Shown piece after piece: positions 1-8,599 of a stretch of DNA of 64,000 nt. The stretch lies in assembly GCA_030431575.1 (NCBI GenBank), contig JAUIIS010000002.1, forward strand, positions 3,589 through 67,588, written 5' to 3'. The position numbers and the translations under genes are program-made. Under the pieces are notes generated by a model. It did no database searches. It saw nothing but the letters and a program-made list of their open reading frames with translations, and was not told the DNA's origin. The DNA comes from Acidimicrobiia bacterium. GTDB taxonomy: Bacteria > Actinomycetota > Acidimicrobiia > Acidimicrobiales > UBA8592. Within the stretch, counting starts at the first letter, position 1, and every line of letters starts with the position of its first letter.

Positions 1-294
1 GCCACGAGTGCCGGAGACATCGTCTCGGAGCTGAAGCACCGGGCTTGGTAGACGGGACTGGTTACGAAGCAAGAGATCGACGCGGCAAGGGTTGCCTGCG
101 TGTACGCGCGGAGGACTGACTTGTCGTGAAACCTCTATCTGTAGCCGCCGAAGCCCTACATAGAGCACGGCCAAGATGACTACGATTAGCCCGCCCGCAC
201 CCAGCACGTAGAGTTCACCTAACCCAAATAGGCGCCCACCCACGAGGACGCCAATGCTAGCGACGAGGGTGGCGACACCGGCCTTGGTCAACAT
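1..294 (-). CDS. DUF58-like protein, N-terminal part (gene runs off the left edge of the window)
   Basis: ATG at 294-292, about 48 nt downstream of the MoxR stop on the same strand, opens a frame still open at position 1: MLTKAGVATLVASIGVLVGGRLFGLGELYVLGAGGLIVVILAVLYVGLRRLQIEVSRQVSPPRVHAGNPCRVDLLLRN. Two N-terminal TM helices and the position after MoxR are typical of DUF58 partners. Absent from the ORF track because it is truncated. Confidence 0.55.
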   Translation of the reverse strand, partial: MLTKAGVATLVASIGVLVGGRLFGLGELYVLGAGGLIVVILAVLYVGLRRLQIEVSRQVSPPRVHAGNPCRVDLLLRNQSRLPSPVLQLRDDVSGTRG

Positions 295-342
295 GGCGTG
301 CGGCTAAGGTTCAGCATGGCACTAGGCCCTTGTTCGCCATGG

Positions 343-1308
343 CTAGGCCATGCGCGGGGTAGGCACGGAGCGCAGGATGTCTTCGTTGACATCGTAAGCG
401 GAGACCCCGCGCAGCATGGCGTCGGCGTTGACGACCAGGCGGTGGTCGAGGACTGGGTGAGCGAGTGCCTTGATGTCGTCGGGCGTGACGTAGGACCTGC
501 CCTGAGCTGCCGCCAGAGCCCGTGAGACTCGCTGGAGCGACAACGTGGCCCGGGTGGACATCCCTAGCGAGAGGTCTCGATGCCTGCGTGAGGCATCGGC
601 GAGGTCGACCATGTAGGCCTGCACAGCCGGGGCCACATGGACGGTTTGGGCAGCCGTTGCCATACCTTGCACCTCGCCCGGTGTCACTACGGCCTGAAGC
701 GATTCGACGACGCTACCAGCGGCGTGGGTAGTGAGGATCTCAAGCTCTGCTTCGCGGCTGGGGTAACCCATGGAGACTTTCATCAAGAATCGGTCTAGCT
801 GGCTTTCGGGCAGCGGGTACGTGCCCTCGTGGTCCAACGGGTTTTGGGTAGCGAGCACCATGAACGGGCGCTTCAACGGATGCGTGGTGCCATCGACAGT
901 CACGTGTCCTTCGGCCATGGCCTCGAGCAGCGCCGATTGGGTTTTGGGCGAGGCCCGGTTGATTTCGTCGGCGAGCACGATCCCAGAAAAGATCGGGCCC
1001 GGACGAAACTCGAACACGTTGGCGGACCGGTTCCAGACCGACAAGCCAACCACGTCGGTTGGCAGCAGGTCGGGGGTGAATTGGATGCGACCAACGTCGG
1101 CATCGATGGAGCGGCCAATGGCCTTTGCCAGACTGGTTTTGCCCGTTCCGGGTGAATCCTCGATGAGGACGTGGCCTTCAGCCACGAGCGCGAGGGTCAC
1201 CAGGCGGATCACGTCGGCTTTGCCCTGAATTACGGTGGCCACGTTTGCCACGACACTCTCGAAGAGCTCGGCAAATGTCCGTGTGCGATCTTGGGTTTGC
1301 TGGCTCAA
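343..1308 (-). CDS. moxR: MoxR-family AAA+ ATPase
   Basis: Walker A in HVLIEDSPGTGKTSLAKAIG, Walker B in VLADEINRASPKTQSALLEAM, then VLATQNPLDHEGTYPLPESQLDRF. The maximal ORF reaches 1455 but its first ~49 aa are Arg/Pro-rich junk. An in-frame TTG at 1308 gives a typical ~320-aa MoxR. The start is uncertain. Confidence 0.9.
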   Translation of the reverse strand: MSQQTQDRTRTFAELFESVVANVATVIQGKADVIRLVTLALVAEGHVLIEDSPGTGKTSLAKAIGRSIDADVGRIQFTPDLLPTDVVGLSVWNRSANVFEFRPGPIFSGIVLADEINRASPKTQSALLEAMAEGHVTVDGTTHPLKRPFMVLATQNPLDHEGTYPLPESQLDRFLMKVSMGYPSREAELEILTTHAAGSVVESLQAVVTPGEVQGMATAAQTVHVAPAVQAYMVDLADASRRHRDLSLGMSTRATLSLQRVSRALAAAQGRSYVTPDDIKALAHPVLDHRLVVNADAMLRGVSAYDVNEDILRSVPTPRMA

Positions 1309-1723
1309 CTGGTAGCTCCGATGCTGGGTGGGCCTAGGGCGATGGGTGCGGCCACGGCGTCGCTTGCCAGGGTAGGTGGTCGTGCGCCCAACGTGCTGTC
1401 GGCCCGGTAGTGTTCGTGGTGTGTGGATACTTCGCGCAACGCTGGCCGTTACCATGCGGCCCTGGCTGATTCCAACGGCGATTCGTCAGATTTGGGTGCT
1501 GCGGCGCCAAGGCTGGTGGCGACAGGCGCCGTACTTGCCGTTGCCCCATCAACCCTATTTGGCTTTTCGTCAGACCACAGCCTACGGGGACCCATCGCAC
1601 CCACCGGAGGCTGGCGACGTGGTTACGTATCTCCATTGGTGTCGGGCGTGGCCCCAAGCCAGCGGAGCCCACAACTAGCAAATTCGGCGGGTCCAACGTT
1701 GCTTGAGATACTACGGTCTGGGC

Positions 1724-2281
1724 ATGGCCAGGTCGCTTGTTCTCAATGCGTCGTATGAACCGTTGAGCGTTGTGCCCGCTCGACGCGCCTGCTTATTGGT
1801 GCTTTCTGGCAAAGCAGACACCGTGCATTCAACCGAGCACGTGTTGCGCTCCGAGCGCATGTCCATCGAGATACCCAGCGTGGTCAAACTGCGTTACTAC
1901 GTGAAGGTGGCCTTTGGTCGCCGGTCTGCGCTCAGTCGGCGAGGTGTGTTTGCTCGCGACGGGCATAGCTGTCAGTACTGCGGTGGTCGAGCCGAAAGCA
2001 TCGACCACATCCATCCCCGTAGTCGTGGCGGCCAGCACACATGGGAGAACGTGGTAGCTGCATGCCGTCGATGCAACTCGCACAAACGAGATCGGCTGCT
2101 GGGTGAGACCACCATGCGTCTGCGAACAACACCTGTTGAGCCACCGCACGGGTCGTGGGTTGCCATGCAGGTGCCAGAAGTGCCCGATGCGTGGCAGCAG
2201 TACCTTCCACAGGAGTCCCTTGGCCGCGACCGCGCCCTTCAGGGCGTAGATGCAACGTTTCCCACACTTCACACCGCGTGA
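1724..2281 (+). CDS. HNH endonuclease family protein
   Basis: HNH/Zn-finger core: DGHSCQYCGGRAESIDHIHPRSRGGQHTWENVVAACRRCNSHK. The N-terminus MARSLVLNASYEPL at ATG 1724 is preferred over the ORF-track start at 1703. Confidence 0.8.
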   Translation: MARSLVLNASYEPLSVVPARRACLLVLSGKADTVHSTEHVLRSERMSIEIPSVVKLRYYVKVAFGRRSALSRRGVFARDGHSCQYCGGRAESIDHIHPRSRGGQHTWENVVAACRRCNSHKRDRLLGETTMRLRTTPVEPPHGSWVAMQVPEVPDAWQQYLPQESLGRDRALQGVDATFPTLHTA

Positions 2282-3003
2282 ATAGCCGCACCGCTGGCCG
2301 TTGGACCATCCAGACGGTGACGGCCTCGCCTGCGGTTGCCCACGGCCTTGAGGTTCCTAGCGAGCCTCCGCCTCTGGTTTGGGTGATTGCGCCACGGGGA
2401 AGCGCAGTGGTCTTGGGAAGTACCCAATCGCTCGAGTTGGTTGAACCCGACCAAGCCAAAGCGCGCAGCCTCGCGGTCGTTAAGCGCCGAAGCGGCGGGG
2501 GAGCGGTGCTGGTCGTGCCTGGCGACCTGGTGTGGATCGACGTGATTGTTCCGCGAGGCGATGTGTTGTGGAGCGACGATGTGGGTGTTGCCGCCGAGCG
2601 TCTCGGTGCGGTGTGGCTGGAGGCGTTGGCGCCGTGGCTCAGCGATGCTTGGGTGCACCGGGGCGCCATGGTCAACAGTGACCTCGCTCGGCTGGTGTGT
2701 TTCGCCGGCATCGGCCCGGGCGAAGTGCTTGTCCCAGGCAGGGGTGGGGGGCCAGGCGCCAAGGTGGTTGGGATCTCCCAGCGGCGAACGCGAGCGTTTG
2801 CTCGTTTTCAGTGCGCATGTGTGTTGAGCTGGGATCCGGCGCCGCTCCTCGATGTCTTGAAGCCGCTCAGAGCCCTGGACTCGCTGTCGTCATGGCATCA
2901 GCAGGTGAGCGCATGCGGTGCTGGCGTGGGCGACGGGGCCACTGCCGATTCGGTGGTTGAGGCGTTTGTGGCTGCGCTCGCTGGGCCTCGCCCATCCCCC
3001 TGA
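2278..3003 (+). CDS. biotin/lipoate A/B protein ligase (LplA/LipB-like) family protein
   Basis: VVKRRSGGGAVLVVPGDLVWIDVIVP resembles the RRxSGGGAV...G motif of lipoate-protein ligase family proteins. An in-frame GTG at 2278 overlaps the HNH stop (GTGA). The upstream part of ORF 2155..3003 overlaps HNH and looks non-coding. Confidence 0.55.
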   Translation: MNSRTAGRWTIQTVTASPAVAHGLEVPSEPPPLVWVIAPRGSAVVLGSTQSLELVEPDQAKARSLAVVKRRSGGGAVLVVPGDLVWIDVIVPRGDVLWSDDVGVAAERLGAVWLEALAPWLSDAWVHRGAMVNSDLARLVCFAGIGPGEVLVPGRGGGPGAKVVGISQRRTRAFARFQCACVLSWDPAPLLDVLKPLRALDSLSSWHQQVSACGAGVGDGATADSVVEAFVAALAGPRPSP

Positions 3004-3093
3004 TTGGCACCGCGTTAGTGAGCTAAGCGAGGGGCGGTACCGAGGAGCTGTGGTGTTCCGCGTGCGCCTCGTGGAGCAGCCGCGCCCGGCCCG

Positions 3094-3119
3094 GTGGAAC
3101 GGGGGTGGGGGCCAGTGGG
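3094..3119 (+). promoter_or_regulatory. distal cluster of three phased GTGG(A/G) direct repeats (candidate MraZ-box-like sites)
   Basis: GTGGA at 3094, GTGGG at 3105 and GTGGG at 3115, spaced 11 and 10 nt, about 260 nt upstream of mraZ. Confidence 0.3.
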
Positions 3120-3209
3120 ATGCGGGGGTGTTTGGGGGGTTTCTGAGGAAATTTTGCCGCGCGGGGCGCTGACCAGGGGTTTTGCTGCGAAGAAATCTTC
3201 ATCAGGTCG

Positions 3210-3238
3210 TTGACCGGTGGAACGTAGTGGTTTACTGT
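3210..3238 (+). promoter_or_regulatory. candidate sigma-A type promoter of the dcw operon (Pmra)
   Basis: TTGACC (3210-3215), a 17-nt spacer, then TACTGT (3233-3238, fits TANNNT). It lies ~140 nt upstream of the mraZ start in a 376-nt non-coding gap. Confidence 0.45.
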
Positions 3239-3261
3239 GGAGCGCTGTGGAGGCAAGGGGA
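3217..3261 (+). promoter_or_regulatory. array of 10-bp-phased GTGGN direct repeats overlapping the promoter (candidate MraZ operator)
   Basis: GTGGA 3217, GTGGT 3227, GTGGA 3237, GTGGA 3247 and degenerate GGGGA 3257, with exactly 10-nt periodicity. The array spans the promoter spacer, the -10 element and the predicted transcription start. Confidence 0.45.
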
Positions 3262-3379
3262 ACACAAAGGAATGAAACGGTAAGCAGAACATCGCTTGCA
3301 GCTTCAATCCTCGAAATCACCAAGCCGACACATTGGAACCGTCATGAAGGCGGCCCAGCTCTAGGGATGGAGTGTCAGG

Positions 3380-3796
3380 TTGTTCACGGGAGAGCACGAA
3401 CGGTTGCTCGACGACAAAGGCCGGCTATCGCTGCCGCCCACGTTTCGTCGCCACCTCGTCGATTCCGCGTTCTTGACACGCTCAACCTCAGCGCCGTGCC
3501 TCTACATGTTTCCTCAGGAAGAAATCAGGCGAGTTGCCGACCGGCTCAAACAACGTGTGCTGGACGGCGAAGTGACAACAAACGAGCAACGACGCTGGGC
3601 AGCCAGCATCCACGAAGTCAAAACCGACGCACAAGGACGCATGGCCATACCGCCAAAGTTGCGCACCTTTGCTGGTCTCGACCGAGAGGTCGTACTCATC
3701 GGGGTCATGGAACGAGCCGAAATTTGGGACGCCGAGGCCTGGTCCGCTGTGGAGCAAGACAGTGACGAAGGCATCAATGAAGGCATGTGGCTCTGA
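3380..3796 (+). CDS. mraZ: transcriptional regulator MraZ
   Basis: MFTGEHERLLDDKGRLSLPPTFRRHL plus a second DxxGR repeat (KTDAQGRMAIPPKLR). It has a TTG start, is 138 aa and is the first gene of the dcw cluster. Confidence 0.93.
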   Translation: MFTGEHERLLDDKGRLSLPPTFRRHLVDSAFLTRSTSAPCLYMFPQEEIRRVADRLKQRVLDGEVTTNEQRRWAASIHEVKTDAQGRMAIPPKLRTFAGLDREVVLIGVMERAEIWDAEAWSAVEQDSDEGINEGMWL

Positions 3797-3905
3797 GCCA
3801 GTCGGTAGCAACACACCGCGGGTTCAAAGCCTAAAGACGGCGATTGAAAGGAACCTAGAAGAGCAGGACTGACGTACACATGAATAAGCAGTGCATTCGC
3901 TATTG

Positions 3906-4010
3906 GGCAGTCTTCCGGTTAACAAGATGGAAGGCCCCTACTCCGCCCGCTTGCCATCTAGCTCGATCGGGGAGAAATCCCGACGTGCGCCTGTTGGCCG
4001 GAAGACTGCC
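3906..4010 (+). ncRNA. candidate structured RNA element (three-way junction) in the mraZ-rsmH spacer
   Basis: P1 is 3906-3924 paired with 3992-4010 (19 bp: 17 Watson-Crick and 2 G-U). P2 is 3925-3930/3954-3959 with a C-rich loop. P3 is 3961-3988 (UCGGG/CCCGA core, AGAAA loop). The junctions are almost zero-length, and the G-U pairs favour the plus strand. No CDS explains the 277-nt gap. Confidence 0.45.
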
Positions 4011-4072
4011 GAAGAGCGAACACTGCATCACCATCTGTCAGCGCAAAAGCGCCCGACACGTCAGTCCGCACC

Positions 4073-5011
4073 ATGGTTGAGTTCTCACACCAGCCCGTCA
4101 TGTTGGCCGAGATCCTCGCCGCCTTCGAGCCCCTCAACGAGGGTGTCGTGGTAGATGCCACCGTGGGCGGGGGAGGTCACGCCGACGCCATCTTGGAAGC
4201 ACACGATGCCCTCACCATCGTGGGGTTCGACCAAGACCCAGACGCGCTCGAGGCCGCCCAAGGGCGACTCAGCCGACACGGTGGCCGCGTCCAACTCTGC
4301 CACGCTCGTTTCGACGCCATGGCCGCAGAGCTCGAACGCCTAGGAGTCGCCTCGATAGTGGGGGTCTTGTTCGACCTTGGAGTGTCCTCGCACCAACTCG
4401 ATGTGGCCGACCGAGGATTCAGCTTCCGTAACCCTGGCCCGCTCGACATGCGGATGAACACCACCACAGGTCGTTCGGCCGCCGACATCATCAACGATGC
4501 CGACGAACGCGACCTTGCTGACATCTTGTCCGCCTACGGGGATGAGCGGCACGCCCGGCGGATTGCCCGGGCAATCCTGGCCGCCCGCCCCATTGACACA
4601 ACCGACCAGCTCGCCGAAATCGTGGCCGAAGCCATGCCCGCCGCATCGAGACGCACCCCCGGGCACCCGGCAAGGCGAACATTCCAAGCGCTACGCATCG
4701 CCGTCAACGACGAACTCGGGGTTTTGGCCCCAGCGCTTCATCAAGCCATTGAGGCTATGGCCCCTGGTGCCCGCGGCGCAGTGCTGTCGTACCACTCCGG
4801 CGAGGATCGCATCGTCAAGAAAATCCTCCGCCAGGAAGCGGGACTGAACGACACCACGCCCGCTCACCTGCCCCCACCAACTGAACAGCCCGGCCGCATC
4901 GACCTTCTGCATCGCAAAGGTCGCACCCCAAGCGAAGAAGAGATCGCCCGAAACCCACGGGCTTCGGCGGCGCGTCTACGCACCTTTGAACGCAGAAAGG
5001 TGGCTTCATAG
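4073..5011 (+). CDS. rsmH: 16S rRNA (cytosine1402-N4)-methyltransferase RsmH (MraW)
   Basis: HQPVMLAEIL, DATVGGGGHA, FDLGVSSHQLD, GPLDMRM, RRTFQALRIAVNDEL; 312 aa. Confidence 0.95.
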   Translation: MVEFSHQPVMLAEILAAFEPLNEGVVVDATVGGGGHADAILEAHDALTIVGFDQDPDALEAAQGRLSRHGGRVQLCHARFDAMAAELERLGVASIVGVLFDLGVSSHQLDVADRGFSFRNPGPLDMRMNTTTGRSAADIINDADERDLADILSAYGDERHARRIARAILAARPIDTTDQLAEIVAEAMPAASRRTPGHPARRTFQALRIAVNDELGVLAPALHQAIEAMAPGARGAVLSYHSGEDRIVKKILRQEAGLNDTTPAHLPPPTEQPGRIDLLHRKGRTPSEEEIARNPRASAARLRTFERRKVAS

Positions 5012-5418
5012 TGGCAACCGCAACCGCCTCCGCTCCAAAACGATCCACGCCCACAACGGGGCGCCGCGATGAGTTCGAGGTAGTCAAACAGCGCGGCCGC
5101 AAACTGCGCATTGGCATTGTGGTGGCCGCCATACTCGCTACCGGCATCCTTTTTGGCCTCGTGGCTTTCCAAGCAATCATCGTCACGAACCAGACAACGC
5201 TCGACGACCTCGACGCCCGCATCTCTCAAGCAGAACGCCAGAACGCCCGACTCCGCCTCGAAGTTGCCGAGCTCGAAGCACCCGATCGCATCCGGGCTAT
5301 GGCGCTTGCGCTTGGCATGGAAAAGCCAGAAAGCGTCGCCTACCTCGAACCCATTGATGTCGCCGAGCTAGGAGAACCCCTGGTCCCCGCCGTCGAAGAC
5401 GAAGGCGAGGTCCAGTGA
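5011..5418 (+). CDS. ftsL: cell division protein FtsL-like (septum formation initiator)
   Basis: Basic N-terminus, one TM helix (IGIVVAAILATGILFGLVAFQAII) and a coiled coil (LDARISQAERQNARLRLEVAELEAP). It sits between rsmH and ftsI, and its GTG start overlaps the rsmH stop. Confidence 0.7.
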   Translation: MATATASAPKRSTPTTGRRDEFEVVKQRGRKLRIGIVVAAILATGILFGLVAFQAIIVTNQTTLDDLDARISQAERQNARLRLEVAELEAPDRIRAMALALGMEKPESVAYLEPIDVAELGEPLVPAVEDEGEVQ

Positions 5419-7172
5419 CGGTCGCGTCTGCGTACCAACCCGGCCGACGCATCATCGTGTTGCTGCTGGTGCTCGTGGTTGCTATTGGCGCGCTTGTCTT
5501 TCAACTGCTGCGACTCCAAGTCCTTGACAATGAGCGCTACCTAGCCTGGGGCGAAGATCAGCGTATGCGCACCGAGTCGCTCCTCGGTAAACGGGGCGAC
5601 ATTGTCGACCGCAACGGCGAAGAGCTCGCTATCTCGTTGCAAGCGCCCGTTATTGTCGCCGACCCGTTGCTGGTCACTGACCCGGCAGCCCAAGCGGAAG
5701 CGCTGGCTCCGGTGCTTGGTGCCGAGGTGGCGGACATAGAAGCTGCGCTGTCGTCGCCGGGAAGGTTCGTGTACCTTGCTCGACCCACTACCGAAGCTGT
5801 TGCCGAAGAAGTGCGCAAGCTCGGTCAAGACGGCGTATTCATCCGCGAAGAACCAGAACGCTTTCACCCCAACGACGAAAGCCTCGCCCGTGGCGTGCTT
5901 GGCCAAGTCGGCGTCGACAACACCGGCCTTAGCGGTCTTGAGGCGCAATACGAAGATGTGCTGGCGGGCACCGCAGGACAACGAGTCACCGAACGCGGCA
6001 TCAACGGCAAGTCAATCCCCGAAGGTGTACGCGAGATGCTCCCCGCCGTGGATGGTGCGGCGATCGAACTCACCATCGACCGGGCGCTGCAGTTCGAGGT
6101 TGAACGGGCGCTGCGTTCCAGCGTTGAGGCCAATGGAGCTCAGGGCGGAACCGTCATCATCAGCGACCCCTCTACCGGCGAAGTGCTGGCCATGGCGTCG
6201 GTGGCAACAACCGACACTGGCCGCGTGGCCACCACCAGCGACAACAGGGCCATCACCTGGACCTACGAGCCAGCCTCAGTCATGAAGGCCATAACGTTCT
6301 CGGCCGTTCTGAACGAAGGGGAGGCCACGCCAACGTCGAAACGGGTGATCCCCAGCAAGATCGATCTTTGGGAAGAGACCTTCACGGACGAAACCGACTA
6401 CGGCACCAAGTGGATGAGCACCAGCGAGATTCTGCGACGCTCGTCCAACACCGGAACCATCACGTGGGCCGGCGAGCTCGAAGAACCAACCTTCTACCAG
6501 TACCTAAAGGACTTCGGGTTCGGTCAGTCCACCGGCCTGGGCTTCCCTGGGGAATCTCCAGGCATCCTCGACCCGGTCGAAACATGGCCGGGCACCCACT
6601 ACGCAACCATTGCGCTCGGCCAGTCCATTGGCGTGACCCCCATGCAAATGCTCGCGGCCTACAACGTCATCGCTAACGACGGCGTGTACCTGAACCCACG
6701 GTTAGTCAAGAGCATCGGGGGAGAGCCCACGTATCCAACGCAGGAACGCCACGTCATCGAACCAGAGATCGCAGACGACATGGCCGAGATGCTTGCCGGC
6801 GTGGTTTCTGGCGGTACGGCGTCTCGAGCTCAGGTGCCTGGCTACAACATCGCCGCAAAAACGGGAACCGCACGCAAGATCCAGGAGTCTGGTGGGTATG
6901 TCGACTCTGCCGGGTACTTCCACTACATCGCCACGGTTGCCGGGTTCTTCCCCGCAGAAGACCCGCAGCTATCCATGATCGTTGTGATCGACGAACCAGC
7001 CACCGACATCTATGCCAGCCAAGTTGCTGCTCCGCTCTTTGGCGAACTCGCCGCATGGTCGCTTCGCCACTACCGAGTCTCGCCTGCGGGTGACGTGGTG
7101 TTTGGTAGCGACGACGACTTGTCCGCAGTTGGCCCCAGTGCTGCCACCGTCCCAGATGGGGCGGGCGACTGA
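5415..7172 (+). CDS. ftsI: penicillin-binding protein, class B transpeptidase (FtsI/PBP)
   Basis: N-terminal TM helix, SxxK (ASVMKAITF), SxN (RRSSNTG) and KTGT (AAKTGTARK); 585 aa. It has a GTGA overlap with ftsL. Confidence 0.92.
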   Translation: MTVASAYQPGRRIIVLLLVLVVAIGALVFQLLRLQVLDNERYLAWGEDQRMRTESLLGKRGDIVDRNGEELAISLQAPVIVADPLLVTDPAAQAEALAPVLGAEVADIEAALSSPGRFVYLARPTTEAVAEEVRKLGQDGVFIREEPERFHPNDESLARGVLGQVGVDNTGLSGLEAQYEDVLAGTAGQRVTERGINGKSIPEGVREMLPAVDGAAIELTIDRALQFEVERALRSSVEANGAQGGTVIISDPSTGEVLAMASVATTDTGRVATTSDNRAITWTYEPASVMKAITFSAVLNEGEATPTSKRVIPSKIDLWEETFTDETDYGTKWMSTSEILRRSSNTGTITWAGELEEPTFYQYLKDFGFGQSTGLGFPGESPGILDPVETWPGTHYATIALGQSIGVTPMQMLAAYNVIANDGVYLNPRLVKSIGGEPTYPTQERHVIEPEIADDMAEMLAGVVSGGTASRAQVPGYNIAAKTGTARKIQESGGYVDSAGYFHYIATVAGFFPAEDPQLSMIVVIDEPATDIYASQVAAPLFGELAAWSLRHYRVSPAGDVVFGSDDDLSAVGPSAATVPDGAGD

Positions 7173-8599
7173 TGCTGCTTTCAGAACTCATCGGGCGATC
7201 GGAGCGGCGCGAACCAATGCTGCTTTGGGAGCAACGCACCGGCGAGCTGGACCCTCAGATACACGGTCTCAAGCTCGACTCTCGCCGGGTGGGCGCGGGC
7301 GACATGTTCTTGTGCGTCCCTGGCCAGGTCGTAGACGGACACAGTTTCGCCCAAACCGCCGTGGAACAAGGCGCCAGCGCTGTTCTGGTCGAGCGCTGGC
7401 TCGACGTGTCGGTCCCGCAGGTCAGAGTCACTTCAACCAGGCGGGCTATGGCCTGGGTCTCAGCTGTCCACGCCGGTGACCCGTCCCAGCAACTAGCAGT
7501 TGTGGGGGTTACTGGTACCAATGGCAAGACCACCGTTGCCCATCTTGTGAAAGCAATCCTCGACCATTCTGGAACAGCTTGTGGACTGATAGGCACGCTC
7601 ACCGGAGCCAGGACAACGCCCGAGGCCCCGCATCTGCAGGCTGCGCTCCAATCAATGGTCAGCGATGGCTTGCAAGCCGTTGCCATGGAAGTGTCCTCGC
7701 ATGCGCTCGATCAAGACCGAGTCACCGGAACCACGTTCAATGTGGGCGTCTTCACCAACCTGACCGCAGACCACTTGGACTACCACGGTTCGTTCGAAGA
7801 CTACTTCGATGCCAAGGCCAAACTCTTCCGAAGCGGCATGACCACAGCAGCAGTCATTAACGAGGAAGACCAGTATGGGCAGCGCCTCTTGGCCGAGCTC
7901 GATATCCCGTGCGTGCCGTATTCGCGAGACCTCGCCGTCGATGTTGAGGCCCGCTTAGACGGCACCTCATTCAGCTGGCGCGGCCAGCCCGTCCAACTCG
8001 CCCTCCCTGGCCTATTCAACCTCGAAAACGCTTTGGGCGCCGCGGAAGCCACACGGTTGTTGGGTCTAGACACCTCAGCTATCGCCGCCGGGCTTAGCGC
8101 TGCCGGGCAGGTTGCGGGGCGCTTCGAAGTTGTCATCAAAAACGACCGAACGCTTCCCACAGTCATCGTCGACTACTCCCATACCCCAGCCGGTATCGAG
8201 AACGTGCTGGAGTCGGTGGCTGCGGTAGCCCCCGAAGCTCGGCGCACCGTCGTTTTCGGTGCCGGGGGCGACCGAGACCGCGACAAGCGGGGCCTGATGG
8301 GGGCAGCGGCCGAGCGTCACGCAGACCGGGTTGTGCTCACCAGCGACAACCCTCGCTCTGAAGACCCCCACGAGATCATCGAGGCCATCCTTGCCGGGAT
8401 GATCGAACCCGACGTCGCCACCGTGGTGGTCGATCGGCGCGAAGCAATCCAACACGCGCTCGACGCCAGCGGTCCGGGCGACGTGATCGTTGTTGCTGGG
8501 AAGGGCCACGAGACCACACAGGTCATTGGGGAAAGCACATTCGAATTCGACGATCGTCAGGTCGTTCGTGAGCTGGCGGGCCAAGGAGCAATCTCGTGA
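7172..8599 (+). CDS. murE: UDP-N-acetylmuramoyl-L-alanyl-D-glutamate--2,6-diaminopimelate ligase MurE
   Basis: GVTGTNGKTT, DYSHTPAG, GAGGDRDRDKRGLMG and the DAP-type TSDNPRSEDP motif; 475 aa. Confidence 0.93.
   Translation: MLLSELIGRSERREPMLLWEQRTGELDPQIHGLKLDSRRVGAGDMFLCVPGQVVDGHSFAQTAVEQGASAVLVERWLDVSVPQVRVTSTRRAMAWVSAVHAGDPSQQLAVVGVTGTNGKTTVAHLVKAILDHSGTACGLIGTLTGARTTPEAPHLQAALQSMVSDGLQAVAMEVSSHALDQDRVTGTTFNVGVFTNLTADHLDYHGSFEDYFDAKAKLFRSGMTTAAVINEEDQYGQRLLAELDIPCVPYSRDLAVDVEARLDGTSFSWRGQPVQLALPGLFNLENALGAAEATRLLGLDTSAIAAGLSAAGQVAGRFEVVIKNDRTLPTVIVDYSHTPAGIENVLESVAAVAPEARRTVVFGAGGDRDRDKRGLMGAAAERHADRVVLTSDNPRSEDPHEIIEAILAGMIEPDVATVVVDRREAIQHALDASGPGDVIVVAGKGHETTQVIGESTFEFDDRQVVRELAGQGAIS

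Noticed and set aside
1309-1723. ORFs of 100-120 aa in the MoxR/HNH divergent intergenic region (1334-1696 minus, 1376-1678 plus, 1423-1758 plus).
   Set aside because: They are mutually overlapping in three frames, with no motifs and no SD. This is more likely promoter or 5'-UTR DNA. The MoxR start itself is uncertain (1308 or 1455).
1724-2281. HNH endonuclease as a marker of a mobile element, homing endonuclease or defence island.
   Set aside because: There is no intein or intron context, no flanking repeats, no partner restriction, methylase or Cas genes, and its composition resembles the neighbours. It looks like the conserved stand-alone actinobacterial HNH protein.
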